Source of the DNA: an uncultured Candidatus Saccharibacteria bacterium
GTDB taxonomy: Bacteria > Patescibacteriota > Minisyncoccia > Phycocordibacterales > PALSA-1337
Assembly: GCA_964495685.1 (NCBI GenBank)
Contig: CAZBVQ010000001.1
Location: forward strand, 105,521 to 169,520
Direction: 5' to 3'
DNA length: 64,000 nucleotides
Every line of letters starts with the position of its first letter. The stretch's first letter is position 1. Of the stretch, positions 17,002 through 27,367 are shown in pieces. A program made the position numbers and the translations under genes. The notes below the pieces were generated by a model that worked only from the letters and a program-made list of their open reading frames with translations, was not told the origin of the DNA and did no database searches.

Positions 17002-18531
17002 TTACCTCGCGAACTCCACCGTCCTCGTCTCTCGGATAACATTGACCTTGATCTCACCGGGATACTTGAGGTCCTTCTCGATCTTCATGGCGATATCTCG
17101 AGCCAAATTCTTGGCACCAAGATCGTCGATCTCCTCTGGTTTGACGAAGATACGGATCTCACGGCCAGCTTGGAGGGCATATGACTTCTCGATACCAGGG
17201 AAGGAGTTGGCGGTAGCTTCGAGGTCACCGAGACGTTTGATGTAATTCTCGACATTGTCACGACGGGCACCTGGGCGTGAACCTGAGATGGCATCAGCTG
17301 TCTGGACAATGCGAGATTCGACGGTCTCATACGGATATTCTTCATGGTGAGCCTGCATGGCCTTGACCACTTCCTCAGGTGCGCCGAATTTCTGGAGGAT
17401 ACGACGACCGATCTCGACGTGGGTACCGGCAACTTCATGGTCGAGAGCCTTGCCGATATCGTGGAGGAGGGCACCGGCCTTGGCGACCTGGACGTTGGCA
17501 CCGAGCTCCTCAGCAATCATGCCGGCGATGTGCGCCATCTCGACAGAGTGCTGGAGGACATTCTGGCCATAGCTGGTGCGGAAATGAAGGCGTCCCAGAA
17601 TGAGGAGGATGCGCGGATCAAGTCCGAGCACGCCACATTCGAAGGCGGCAGCCTCACCTTTGTCCTTGATAGTCTTGTTGATATCCTGACGAGCCTTGTC
17701 GACGACTGACTCTATCTTGGCTGGCTGGATACGACCATCCTTGATGAGCTCGCGGAGGGCGATAGCGGCAGTATGGCGACGTACCGGATCGAATGATGAG
17801 ATGGTGATAGCACCAGGCGTGTCGTCGACCATGACTTCGACACCAGTGACACGCTCGAAGGCCTTGATATTGCGTCCTTCCTTGCCGATAATCTTGCCTT
17901 TGACGTCATCGCTCGGGATTTCGACGATGGTAGACATAATATCCTGAGAAACAGAAGAGGCGAGGCGCTGGATAGAGACGGCCAGAATGTCTTTTGCTTT
18001 CTTCTCGAGCATCTCCTCACCTTGACTCTCGAGCTTGCTCATACGGACGAGGATATCCTGCTCGGACTGCTTCTCGACCATCTTCATGAGCTGATCCTTG
18101 GCTTCGGCAGCCGAAAGTTGCGCGATTTTCTCGAGTGCAAGCTTGCGATCTTCCTCCAATTTGTCGGTCTTGTCGCGAATAGCCTTGATTTCGGCGACGC
18201 GGACTTTGATCATTTCGACTTCTTTGTCGATGTCGGACTGGCGCTTGTCGAGGAGATCCTCTTTCTTGATAAGGCGATCTTCGACCTGATGTATCTTGTC
18301 TTCACGTTCTTTGATCTCTGCACGAGCATCCTCGAGTGTTTTGGTGGCTTTGGTTTCTGCGTCAGCGGTGATCTTCTTGGCCTCTTCTCTGGCGGCGAGG
18401 AGCATCTCTTTGATTTCGAGCTCCATCGAACCTTTCTTGCCGAGGGATATGATCAGTCGCAGGTAGTAACCAATAGCCACACCGACGACTCCTGCGATGG
18501 AGAGGTAGAGTGCGACTAATTTGAGTGACAT
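17002..18531 (-). CDS. rny: ribonuclease Y
   Basis: N-terminal TM, coiled-coil, KH domain and HD domain (LLHDIGKALDHEV). Confidence 0.9.
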   Translation of the reverse strand: MSLKLVALYLSIAGVVGVAIGYYLRLIISLGKKGSMELEIKEMLLAAREEAKKITADAETKATKTLEDARAEIKEREDKIHQVEDRLIKKEDLLDKRQSDIDKEVEMIKVRVAEIKAIRDKTDKLEEDRKLALEKIAQLSAAEAKDQLMKMVEKQSEQDILVRMSKLESQGEEMLEKKAKDILAVSIQRLASSVSQDIMSTIVEIPSDDVKGKIIGKEGRNIKAFERVTGVEVMVDDTPGAITISSFDPVRRHTAAIALRELIKDGRIQPAKIESVVDKARQDINKTIKDKGEAAAFECGVLGLDPRILLILGRLHFRTSYGQNVLQHSVEMAHIAGMIAEELGANVQVAKAGALLHDIGKALDHEVAGTHVEIGRRILQKFGAPEEVVKAMQAHHEEYPYETVESRIVQTADAISGSRPGARRDNVENYIKRLGDLEATANSFPGIEKSYALQAGREIRIFVKPEEIDDLGAKNLARDIAMKIEKDLKYPGEIKVNVIRETRTVEFAR

Positions 18532-18731
18532 AATGCGGTGAGACCCGCCTTTAGGGGATTAGGGTGAGATTCTCGTATGAGGTGTGCCGGTAGTCGTATA
18601 CAGAAGGGCGTTTTTCATAAGTAAGTTCATAAGATGTTCCACTAGAATTCCGTAAAAGCGAAGTCAAAATTTAAAGTTGGTAACATCTGCATAATATAAC
18701 TAAAGGTGGCGGAGTGCAAGGGTTCGAGTAG

Positions 18732-18760
18732 TTGCAATAAAGCACCACTTATTGTATATT
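18732..18760 (+). promoter_or_regulatory. sigma70-like promoter for clpP (TTGCAA-17 nt-TATATT)
   Basis: Hexamers read directly at 18732-18737 and 18755-18760. Confidence 0.45.
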
Positions 18761-18854
18761 ATGTCAATCCTAGAGAACAGGCCCGTATGCTATAGTTTCT
18801 CTATTAATTATTCATGTAATGGATGCCGACCTTCGTCGGCACGACACACCACTT

Positions 18855-19442
18855 ATGTCTATCCTTATCCCTACAGTTATCGAGAAGTCATCATTCGGCG
18901 AACGTGCCTACGACATTTATTCACGTCTCTTGAAAGAGAACATCATCTTCCTTGGTGGCCCGATTGACGATCATGTCGCCAACCTGACAATTGCTCAGCT
19001 TCTTTTCTTGCAGTCAGAAGATCCCAAGAAAGAAATTCAACTCTACATCAATTCACCAGGTGGTTCGGTGACTGCTGGTCTCGCCATCATCGACACGATG
19101 CAGCATATCAAGAATGATGTCTCAACGGTGTGTGTCGGTATTGCCGCATCAGCTGCAGCTCTCATCCTTTCTTCGGGTACCAAAGGCAAGCGCATTGCTC
19201 TCCCTAATGCTGAGGTGATGATTCACCAACCGCTCGGTGGCGCAGAAGGTCAGGCGTCTGATATCGAAATTACTGCCAAGCACATCATCAAGACTCGTGA
19301 GACCTTGAACAAAATGCTCGCCAAGAATACAGGCCAATCACTTGCGAAGATCGAGAAAGATGTCGATCGCGATTTCTTCATGAGTGCTGATGAGGCCAAG
19401 AAGTATGGCATTATTGATCAGGTGGTAAGCGGAAAGAAGTAA
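18855..19442 (+). CDS. clpP: ATP-dependent Clp protease proteolytic subunit
   Basis: [40 protein letters not shown] are ClpP signature blocks. Start at the internal Met matching ClpP N-termini. Confidence 0.95.
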   Translation: MSILIPTVIEKSSFGERAYDIYSRLLKENIIFLGGPIDDHVANLTIAQLLFLQSEDPKKEIQLYINSPGGSVTAGLAIIDTMQHIKNDVSTVCVGIAASAAALILSSGTKGKRIALPNAEVMIHQPLGGAEGQASDIEITAKHIIKTRETLNKMLAKNTGQSLAKIEKDVDRDFFMSADEAKKYGIIDQVVSGKK

Positions 19443-20159
19443 ATGCGTCTCCATCGTTTCTATATCTCCGAACCCATCAGTGCTCGCGCTGAGGTGATTG
19501 TCGTCGATGCCGATCTTGTTCATCAGATCAGGAATGTATTTCGTCTCAAGAATGGTGACTCAGTCATCTTGTTCGATGGTAGTGGTTCTGATTACACCTG
19601 TCGCATCGAAGGTGGTGACAAGCACTCCATCACGTTCATCGTCATCGAATCATCACGTAGTCGCTATATACCCACACAGCATGTCGTGCTGTGTGCTGCG
19701 GTGGTCAAGAAAGACACATTCGAATGGATCGCTGAGAAAGCTACTGAGCTAGGTGTGAGCGAGATCGTCCCGGTCATTTCTGAACGTAGTGAGAAGAAAT
19801 CGTTGAACGAATCTCGTTTGAGCAAGATCGTGAATGAGGCCAGTGAACAGTCGGGCCGTGGTGACATTCCTGTACTGCATTCGGTCATCGAGCTGCGTGA
19901 GTATATCGAAAAAAATATCATAGATGGATCAAAGATGTTGGCATTCCATATTGATGGTCCGATTTTCGACCGAGCACGTTTCACGGCTTCTGCCGATGCA
20001 AAAACACATATTTTCATAGGGCCCGAAGGTGGCTGGTCGCCTGATGAGCTGGCCTTGTTTCACAGCAAGAAAATTCCGGTGGTATCTCTTGGAACCCAGG
20101 TTTTGCGGGCTGAAACGGCGGTCGTCTCCGCCCTGTCATTGACGTTGTTGGGGAAGTGA
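19443..20159 (+). CDS. rsmE: 16S rRNA (uracil1498-N3)-methyltransferase RsmE
   Basis: MRLHRFY N-terminus, IGPEGGWSPDE, LG.QVLRAETA. Confidence 0.85.
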   Translation: MRLHRFYISEPISARAEVIVVDADLVHQIRNVFRLKNGDSVILFDGSGSDYTCRIEGGDKHSITFIVIESSRSRYIPTQHVVLCAAVVKKDTFEWIAEKATELGVSEIVPVISERSEKKSLNESRLSKIVNEASEQSGRGDIPVLHSVIELREYIEKNIIDGSKMLAFHIDGPIFDRARFTASADAKTHIFIGPEGGWSPDELALFHSKKIPVVSLGTQVLRAETAVVSALSLTLLGK

Positions 20160-20224
20160 TGCCAATTTCAGGTAGCACTGCGGAGGTGAATGCTCGAGGA
20201 AAATTCTCATGATGTTTCACAGAT

Positions 20225-20252
20225 AAAAAACCCGGCTTGTGCCGGGTTTTTG
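20225..20252. terminator. bidirectional intrinsic terminator (rsmE / tig convergent)
   Basis: aaaaaacccggc-ttgt-gccgggttttt. Confidence 0.8.
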
Positions 20253-20254
20253 TA

Positions 20255-21331
20255 TTACTTAGTCGCTTCCAGGAACGCGAACACCTTCTCATTGGTGAGT
20301 ACTGTTTCAGCATAGACAGCTGCACGGTCGCGGTCAGCATCTTTGTAGTGTTCGGTGATGTGATTGACCTCTTCCTCGATCTCCTTCACATCCGGCTTCA
20401 ACTTTTCTTTGACAGCGATCTCATTCAAGATCAATTGCAACTTCGCTTTCTTCTCAGCGTGAGGCAACCATTCCTTGCGAATTTCTTCGAGTGATTTCTT
20501 GGCATGCTTCAGATAGTCATCGAGCTTCACACCCATGCGTTCGATGTCAGCAGCAAATTGTGCCTGTGTACGATCGAGCTCACTTTCGATCATGAGGTCA
20601 GGAATCTCGACCGTCGTGGCCTCGGCGAGTGCATCGGCGATTTTGAGACGAGTTTTTTCTTTTGCCTCATCACGCTTCTGTTCGGCGATCATGTCAGAAA
20701 GTTTGTTCTTGAAATCAGGAACGTCATTGAAGTCGCCGAGAGTCTTGACCCAGTCGTCAGTGAGCTCAGGCATACCGGCTTCGATCGCTTTGTCGTGTTC
20801 CTCAGGAGTCATCTTGTCGTGGTCATGTCCCTCATGTGACGCGGAACGTTTGCGAATCTTGAGGATGGCTTCCTCAATATCTTTTTCTTTGACTTCCAAT
20901 TCTGCGGGGTCAGCTTTTTTTGCTTCTGCTGCAGCGATCTTCTGGTAGTCGGGAAGGGTGACTGTGGGCACTACAGCAGTGACTGCGGTGAACTCCATCG
21001 GATTGCCAGGTGCAAGTTTGGTCACACGGATTTCAGGTTTGCCGATAGCGTCGATCTTTTCGTTGATGAGTATTTCGATGTAGGCCTTGGAAAGGGCGAT
21101 CTCGGCCATCTCTTCATGAATAGCTGATTCGCCAACCTTGGCCACCAGGATGTTTTCGGGGACCATGCCCTTGCGGAAGCCGTCGATGCTGATCTGCTTG
21201 TTCAGATAGGATATTGCCTCGGCACGATATGCGCCCCAGATCTCGGCAGGAATTGATCCGGTAATCTCGACACGTGATTTGTCGAGCTTCTTGGTAGTAA
21301 TGGTTCCGTACATTTTTGCTGTTTTTGTCAT
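20255..21331 (-). CDS. tig: trigger factor (short form)
   Basis: N-terminal ribosome-binding GFRKGMVP motif; 358 aa. Confidence 0.85.
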   Translation of the reverse strand: MTKTAKMYGTITTKKLDKSRVEITGSIPAEIWGAYRAEAISYLNKQISIDGFRKGMVPENILVAKVGESAIHEEMAEIALSKAYIEILINEKIDAIGKPEIRVTKLAPGNPMEFTAVTAVVPTVTLPDYQKIAAAEAKKADPAELEVKEKDIEEAILKIRKRSASHEGHDHDKMTPEEHDKAIEAGMPELTDDWVKTLGDFNDVPDFKNKLSDMIAEQKRDEAKEKTRLKIADALAEATTVEIPDLMIESELDRTQAQFAADIERMGVKLDDYLKHAKKSLEEIRKEWLPHAEKKAKLQLILNEIAVKEKLKPDVKEIEEEVNHITEHYKDADRDRAAVYAETVLTNEKVFAFLEATK

Positions 21332-21380
21332 GAGGGGGAGTCTACACTAGAAAACAGAAACAGTAAACGTGCGGGAGATA

Positions 21381-21412
21381 CAAAAAACAGAGGTTTATTC
21401 CTCTGTTTTTTG
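21381..21412. terminator. intrinsic terminator
   Basis: aaaaaacagagg-tttatt-cctctgttttttg. Confidence 0.7.
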
Positions 21413-21429
21413 TATCAGTCTGCTGGTAA

Positions 21430-21780
21430 CTAAAAGCTCTGCGTATCAAGTCCCTTGGCCGAGGTGTTGAGATCGGCTTCGAGTGACGAGAGATCGTCTG
21501 CAGTATTGGTGACCGGCTGAACAGTCGCTGTCGGAGCGGGGAGTTCTGAGGAGGTCTCTGTCGAAGGTGTCATCTGGGCGGCCACCGATGTGTCGATAGG
21601 GGCCTGCTCGTTGTTCATCTGAGAGGCGAAGAGGTACAAAGCTCCGATGATGAGGACAAGGACGATGACAAGGACTGCTACGATGGGGCCGACTTTCTTG
21701 TGCTCGGGAGTAGCGGTGGGTTGCTCAAATGTCGGCTGAGACGTCGCAGGGGTAATAGGTTGTTGTTGATTTGGATCCAT
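21430..21780 (-). CDS. hypothetical single-TM, low-complexity protein
   Basis: Pro/Thr/Gln-rich with one TM (IVAVLVIVLVLIIGALYLF). Confidence 0.45.
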   Translation of the reverse strand: MDPNQQQPITPATSQPTFEQPTATPEHKKVGPIVAVLVIVLVLIIGALYLFASQMNNEQAPIDTSVAAQMTPSTETSSELPAPTATVQPVTNTADDLSSLEADLNTSAKGLDTQSF

Positions 21781-21810
21781 GGTTGTTGATGATTAGGGTG
21801 TATAAAGATA

Positions 21811-22647
21811 TTAGGGAGTCGTGGTCGGGGTAGTCGAAGCGGTGCCGCCTAGACCCATGGCGCGAGCAATGGCTCGGACGACAGCAGTGAGAGATTCGTG
21901 AGCATCTTTGACTGCCTTGAGGGCGGCATCAGCGATCTGGCGGGGCTTGGTCAAGTCGATGGACGTAGGGTCCGTCGAGCTCGCAGTCGGTGTGGGAGGT
22001 GTATATGACTTGAGTGTCTCGAGAGCGCTGATCGCTGTGGCAATCTTTGCGTCAGCGATAGCGAGCGCGCTTTTTGCTGCAGCCATGTCACGCCCCGCAG
22101 ATGTTGCTTTGTCGATGCGTGAGACGATGCGTTCGCGAACCTGCTTGAGATTCTCGATGGAGACATTCAGTTGTTTGATCAGGGCTTCTTTGCGGATTTG
22201 GAATATGTCCTTGCGCATATCACGACGAATCTCACGACGATCTGGCGTATTGGTAGCATTCTTCATCTCTTCACGACCCTCGCGGCGCGTTTCCATGACC
22301 TCTTCACGACGGTCATCACGAATTTCTTTGCGCTCCATGCGAGTGCTCGTGGCGATCAGGGGGCGAGTGCTCGTGGCGGGGCGACGATTTTCGAGTATCT
22401 TGTTACGAATCTCGACATTGTTCTGGATATTTTCGGTCTTGGCACGGAGCTGCTCGCGCAATGCGGCGGGCACGGGTGTACCTGGGCGCGGTGTAGGAGT
22501 GGTCCCTGGTGCAGGTGGACGCATCATCGTTTCCCGTTCTTGGACAGAACCGTCCGTATCGGCACTCTCCTCTGCATGACTCGTGGCAGGGATAGAAAGT
22601 ACCAAAGCGAAGGCGATGATAGGGTAGATATAATAGTGTTTCTTCAT
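21811..22647 (-). CDS. secreted low-complexity protein (signal peptide, Arg/Glu-rich repeats, Pro/Thr tails)
   Basis: MKKHYYIYPIIAFALVLSIPATSHA signal peptide. Confidence 0.5.
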   Translation of the reverse strand: MKKHYYIYPIIAFALVLSIPATSHAEESADTDGSVQERETMMRPPAPGTTPTPRPGTPVPAALREQLRAKTENIQNNVEIRNKILENRRPATSTRPLIATSTRMERKEIRDDRREEVMETRREGREEMKNATNTPDRREIRRDMRKDIFQIRKEALIKQLNVSIENLKQVRERIVSRIDKATSAGRDMAAAKSALAIADAKIATAISALETLKSYTPPTPTASSTDPTSIDLTKPRQIADAALKAVKDAHESLTAVVRAIARAMGLGGTASTTPTTTP

Positions 22648-22737
22648 AAAATAAAGATTACGATTAAATGTATCACTGACGTGATGTTGAATAGTATACC
22701 ACGATGGATATCGTTGGCAGAATAATGTGTGGAGTAC

Positions 22738-22766
22738 GAAAAACCGGCCGAAAGCCGGTTTTTCCT
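22738..22766 (-). terminator. intrinsic terminator downstream of hppA
   Basis: aaaaaccggc-cgaa-agccggttttt. Confidence 0.75.
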
Positions 22767-22788
22767 GCAGATGTCCTAGAGATCACTA

Positions 22789-24771
22789 TTAGACCAAGAA
22801 GGCGACGATGAGGAGTGCGACGATATTCAAGATCTTGATCATTGGGTTGATGGCTGGACCAGCGGTGTCCTTGTATGGATCGCCGACGGTGTCGCCAGTA
22901 ACTGCTGCCTTGTGGGCATCTGAACCCTTGCCACCATGATTGCCTTGTTCGATATGCTTCTTGGCATTGTCCCATGCACCACCACCTGATGTCATAGAGA
23001 TGGCTACGAAGAGGCCGGTGACGATAGAGCCGACGAGGAGACCTCCGAGGGCAACTGGGCCAAGGATGAATCCGACCAATATCGGAGCGAGAACAGGGAT
23101 GAGCGCAGGGATGATCATTTCCTTGATAGCCGCTGAGGTGACGATGTCTACACAGCGAGCATAGTCAGGCTTGGCAGTACCTTGCATGATACCCTTGATC
23201 TCACGGAATTGGCGACGAACTTCCTCGACGACCTTGCCCGCGGCTTTACCGACAGCTTCCATAGAGAGAGCTGCGAAGTAATAAGGAAGAAGTCCTCCGA
23301 TAAAGAGACCGACAATAACCTTTGGATCACTCAGGCTGAATGAAAGTCCGGGAACAGAGTGGGTATATTCAGCGAAGAGTACGAGTGCCGCGAGACCTGC
23401 TGAGCCGATGGCGTACCCTTTTGTGACTGCCTTTGTAGTGTTACCGACAGCGTCCAACGGATCGGTGACATCACGAACTTCTTGTGGCAGTTCTGCCATC
23501 TCCGCAATACCTCCGGCGTTGTCAGTAATAGGGCCATAGGCGTCGATGGCAACGATAATACCGGCCATTGAAAGCATAGACATGGCTGCAACCGCGATAC
23601 CATAGAGACCAGCGAAGTAGTATGCAGCGAGAATGCCGGCAACGATGGTGATAAGTGGCCATGCGGTAGATTTCATCGAGATGGCGAGGCCCTGAATGAT
23701 GTTCGTGCCATGACCAGAGACTGAAGCGTTGGCGATTGATTTGACGGGAGCGTATTTGGTCGAAGTGTAGTACTCGGTGATCACGACGAGAAGTGCGGTG
23801 ACTATGAGACCGACGAGCGTACAACCGAAGAGGTTGGCGACACTGTAGGTACCGTTGTCAGCCATGATCCATTTGGTGATCGGATAGAATGCGATGGCGG
23901 CAAGAATACCAGCTACAGTAAGGCCTTTGTACATAGCACCCATGATATTTTGTGAGGAGCCCATCTTGACGAACCAGGTACCAATGATCGAGGCGATGAT
24001 AGCGATACCGCCGAGAGCGAGCGGATACATGAGGGCACCGTCGAATCCTTTGAAGAGGGAGGCGCCGAGCATCATGGCTGCAATAGTGGTTACCGCATAG
24101 GTCTCGAAGAGGTCCGCAGCCATACCAGCACAGTCACCGACGTTGTCTCCAACGTTATCAGCAATAACTCCCGGGTTTCGTGGATCATCTTCTGGAATAC
24201 CAGCTTCTACCTTACCGACCAAGTCGGTACCTACGTCTGCTGCTTTGGTGAAAATACCACCACCGAGACGTGCGAATACTGAGATGAGGGATGCGCCGAA
24301 TGCCAGACCAATGAGAGAGGATACGTCCTTGGTGATTGCATAGAAGACGGTCGTGCCGAGAAGGGCGAGGCCGACGACGAAGAGTCCAGTGATAGCACCA
24401 CCATTGAAGGCGAGAGAGAGTGCAGTCCCGAGTCCTTTGCGAGCAGCTTCTGTCGTGCGAATGTTGGAGCGTACCGATACATTCATGCCGATATAGCCGG
24501 CGAGAGCAGAAAGGATTGCTCCAATAATGAAGCCGATGGCGATCGTGATGCCGAGAGTGAGCCAGAGGACGATGAAGAGTACTACAGCAATGAGAGTGAT
24601 CGTCTTGTACTGTCGATTCAAGTAGGCCTTTGCCCCAGCTTGAATGGCGGCGGCGATCTCCTTCATGCGATCATTGCCGGTGGGCTTCTTCATGATCGAG
24701 GAGATCAAGAATGCTCCGTAAATGAGAGAGATGAGAGAGGCTATTAATGCGAACCAAATGTATGCGTTCAT
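22789..24771 (-). CDS. hppA: membrane-bound H+/Na+-translocating pyrophosphatase
   Basis: [54 protein letters not shown] is canonical for V-PPases. Start at the internal Met MNAYIWF. Confidence 0.95.
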   Translation of the reverse strand: MNAYIWFALIASLISLIYGAFLISSIMKKPTGNDRMKEIAAAIQAGAKAYLNRQYKTITLIAVVLFIVLWLTLGITIAIGFIIGAILSALAGYIGMNVSVRSNIRTTEAARKGLGTALSLAFNGGAITGLFVVGLALLGTTVFYAITKDVSSLIGLAFGASLISVFARLGGGIFTKAADVGTDLVGKVEAGIPEDDPRNPGVIADNVGDNVGDCAGMAADLFETYAVTTIAAMMLGASLFKGFDGALMYPLALGGIAIIASIIGTWFVKMGSSQNIMGAMYKGLTVAGILAAIAFYPITKWIMADNGTYSVANLFGCTLVGLIVTALLVVITEYYTSTKYAPVKSIANASVSGHGTNIIQGLAISMKSTAWPLITIVAGILAAYYFAGLYGIAVAAMSMLSMAGIIVAIDAYGPITDNAGGIAEMAELPQEVRDVTDPLDAVGNTTKAVTKGYAIGSAGLAALVLFAEYTHSVPGLSFSLSDPKVIVGLFIGGLLPYYFAALSMEAVGKAAGKVVEEVRRQFREIKGIMQGTAKPDYARCVDIVTSAAIKEMIIPALIPVLAPILVGFILGPVALGGLLVGSIVTGLFVAISMTSGGGAWDNAKKHIEQGNHGGKGSDAHKAAVTGDTVGDPYKDTAGPAINPMIKILNIVALLIVAFLV

Positions 24772-25024
24772 GGTGAGTGTGTTACGTGGGACTTTTAATA
24801 CTTTTAACCTAACAAAAGCCGTATGACTATAGAGTAAAAATACTGTTTTTGCAAGGGAATCCACACTGATTCAGTGGGGTAATAATACAAAAAAATTTGC
24901 ATAAATAAAAAATTCGTGCTATAAAAATATCAGACATAATTCTGCCAATGTCTGAGATGGAACACTGCATGAGGCGGTGTTTTATTATCGGTATATAACA
25001 AACAACGAGGCAGATTGATAGCTC

Positions 25025-26506
25025 ATGAAAAAGAAACTACTCACTATGGCGTTACTGGTACTTGCCGTGACATCTGGATCGTCACGTCTCGAAGCCGCGG
25101 GCATTGCCTACACAAAATTGGCGACCTTGGGAAGTATCGGCTCCAGCATTCGGAGTGCACCGTTGCTCAAAGGGTCGGAATTGTTCGTTGCTTGTTACTC
25201 TGGCGGCAGCAATTCCGCGGGTAGCGTGTTTGCGTACAACGTATCAACGGAAAACATCACTCACGTCTATAGCTTTTCCGGCCTTTTCGGAGTGAACGGC
25301 AGTAGCCCTCAAGGTGGTTTGGCACTTCTCGGTGATGTCTTTTATGGCACTACAGTCTTTGGTGGAACGAATACTACCGAAGGCGTCCTGTTCAAATTGA
25401 CACCGTCTGGTGTCTATACCAAACTCCTCGATTTCGGAGGTGCAATTGGTGGTGAGCCAACGGAGACGCTTGCTGTCTCGGGTGATACACTCTACGGCAG
25501 TACGCTCACTGGCGGTACTTACAACTGGGGGAGTCTCTTTGCCGCTACCACGAACGGTGCCATAGTGTGGACGAAGATGTTCGATGGTACCAATGGCCGT
25601 CACGCGACACAGCTCATCCCTCTCGGGGATTATCTATATGGTGCAACGTTTGGTGGAGGGGTGCACAGTGATGGAACAACATTCAGGATCAAGAAAGATG
25701 GCACTGGATTCACTACGCTGTATAGCTTTGCTGGTGGTAGTGACGGTGCGTACCCGTACTCCCTATCTCTTGGGTGGGATGGGCGTATGTACGGCACCAC
25801 GGCAGGATATGCGGGCGATGATGACGCTACGGTGTTCTATATGGGCACCAATGGTATTCCGACGACGGTGTTGCATCTGACTGATGGTGACTATGCGACG
25901 GGAGCAACCTTGGGACCCAACGGCCTCATTTATGCCACGACGCGTGGTACGGGCAAGAACGGGAATGCGGGCCGAGTCTATCAGCTCGGTACGAATGGAT
26001 CAGCTCTCACGCTCGTGACTTATCCATACCCCAGCCAAGTTGTCACACAGGCCTATGTTGCACCGATCACATTCGGTCCTGACAATCGTGCTTACTACGG
26101 TTATTACTACTCCAACTCATTCGTGCGTCTCGGTTTTCCGATGGCGACGGCGCTGAAGATTGATACCTTGACGTGTACCAACACGGCATATAGTTGGTCC
26201 GCCGTTGCCGGACAGGCGTACGCAGTGAGACAGGGTGATGACGTATCGACCTACAGCACTATTGCTACGGTGGTACCCACCAATGGCGTTGGACAATATG
26301 TTGGACGCTCATTCCGGACGAATACGTTCACGAGGCTGGTCGTATTCACCACGAACACGATGACAGGATTCGATGTTGCCATGACCAATGGCGCTGTCAT
26401 GCGTTCAAGTGCGTGGGGTCCGCCAGTAGATCAGCGGGACACAAATTGTGTGCCACGTTACGTTGGGGGTGGAAGTGGGGATACTAATGGCCCGCCATCT
26501 CCTTGA
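25025..26506 (+). CDS. secreted beta-propeller-like repeat protein (Gly/Thr-rich repeats resembling Gloeo_Verruco-type repeats)
   Basis: Signal peptide, then repeated units ...LYGTT.GG...GTVF.L...G....L. The family assignment is tentative. Confidence 0.55.
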   Translation: MKKKLLTMALLVLAVTSGSSRLEAAGIAYTKLATLGSIGSSIRSAPLLKGSELFVACYSGGSNSAGSVFAYNVSTENITHVYSFSGLFGVNGSSPQGGLALLGDVFYGTTVFGGTNTTEGVLFKLTPSGVYTKLLDFGGAIGGEPTETLAVSGDTLYGSTLTGGTYNWGSLFAATTNGAIVWTKMFDGTNGRHATQLIPLGDYLYGATFGGGVHSDGTTFRIKKDGTGFTTLYSFAGGSDGAYPYSLSLGWDGRMYGTTAGYAGDDDATVFYMGTNGIPTTVLHLTDGDYATGATLGPNGLIYATTRGTGKNGNAGRVYQLGTNGSALTLVTYPYPSQVVTQAYVAPITFGPDNRAYYGYYYSNSFVRLGFPMATALKIDTLTCTNTAYSWSAVAGQAYAVRQGDDVSTYSTIATVVPTNGVGQYVGRSFRTNTFTRLVVFTTNTMTGFDVAMTNGAVMRSSAWGPPVDQRDTNCVPRYVGGGSGDTNGPPSP

Positions 26507-26529
26507 TCATTGATCGGGTCTTTGATTCG

Positions 26530-26565
26530 AAGCCCGCAAGCCGAGGAGGTTTGCGGGCTTTTTTG
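26530..26565 (+). terminator. intrinsic terminator
   Basis: agcccgcaa-gccgaggaggtt-tgcgggcttttttg. Confidence 0.8.
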
Positions 26566-26668
26566 CATCTAAAGAGAATCACTGTACGGAGACATAGCTC
26601 GCATATGGAACGGAGGACCAGGTGAATGGAGGAAGCAGAATTTCTCGAGACGGCGCTTTCACGTTATA

Positions 26669-26896
26669 ATGGTCTGCATGTCCAACGATACACAATTTCT
26701 GATACTGATCGGCAAGAAAATCCGTCATGAACGTGAGAGGAGGGGACTTTCCCAAGAAGAACTTGGCAAACTAGCCAAAGCTCATCGCACCTACGTGGGC
26801 ATGGTCGAGCGTGGCGAAAAAAATATCACCATATTCAACCTGAGACGATTCGCTGATGCACTCAAGATGCAGGTGAGAGACCTGATAGATTTCTAG
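26669..26896 (+). CDS. XRE-family HTH transcriptional regulator (short, 72-75 aa)
   Basis: IRHERERRGLSQEELGKLAKAHRTYVGMVERGEKN; a TATAAT overlaps the first ATG, suggesting a leaderless start at the second ATG (26678). Confidence 0.7.
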   Translation: MVCMSNDTQFLILIGKKIRHERERRGLSQEELGKLAKAHRTYVGMVERGEKNITIFNLRRFADALKMQVRDLIDF

Positions 26897-27067
26897 ATAT
26901 TCGCAATTTCGTATATGTACAAAATATACCGCGCGCATACGAATGCGTACGGTTTTCTCTCGGAGAGAGTTGACAAAAGGATTAATTATAATGCCTACTA
27001 TAGTTAGCGCTTGACGGTTTTTCGTTAGAGAGTATGATACTTATAGATAGCGCTACCTATAGTATCC

Positions 27068-27316
27068 ATGTCGGATACGGGGTGCGTATCAGTAGAAAGG
27101 GATAGTATGCAGCAAAAAACAACAATACTCCGTAACAGGTTTCGGAGGTCGAGCTATTGTGGCTCTGATTCTCCAACCTGTGTTGAAGTGGCACGAAGTA
27201 AAACTGCAGTTAGTGTCAGGGACTCCACGAAAAAGCAAGGTCCTATTCTGCAGTTTAACCACGACGAGTGGCGTGCTTTCTTGAAAGGCGCGGTCGCCGG
27301 AGAGTTCAATGTTTGA
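27068..27316 (+). CDS. DUF397-domain protein
   Basis: FRRSSYCGSDSPTCVEVARS..VSVRDSTKKQGPILQFNHDEWRAFLKGAVAGEF matches the W/F-RKSSYS...CVEVA...V.VRDSK....L.F....W.AF consensus. In actinobacteria these are paired with XRE regulators. Confidence 0.65.
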   Translation: MSDTGCVSVERDSMQQKTTILRNRFRRSSYCGSDSPTCVEVARSKTAVSVRDSTKKQGPILQFNHDEWRAFLKGAVAGEFNV

Positions 27317-27367
27317 TTCGGACACGACACGACGGTGACACGAGAGTGTCACCGTCATTTCATTAAA

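Noticed and set aside
17344-18519. Plus-strand ORFs (121, 83, 165 aa) antisense to rny
   Set aside because: They overlap a confidently identified RNase Y gene and have biased composition; typical shadow ORFs.
18690-18760. tRNA-like T-arm sequence GGTTCGAGT near 18721
   Set aside because: No acceptor, D or anticodon stems could be drawn around it; the region is better explained as the clpP promoter.
21908-22725. Long plus-strand ORFs (223 aa and 184 aa) antisense to the secreted low-complexity protein gene
   Set aside because: Arg/Ser-rich translations mirror the repetitive coding sequence on the other strand, with no motifs or promoter. Judged spurious antisense ORFs.
24940-25024. CTGAGA box suggesting a TPP riboswitch upstream of the GloVer-like gene
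   Set aside because: No accompanying ACCC...GAACCUGAUC...GCG.AGGGA elements.
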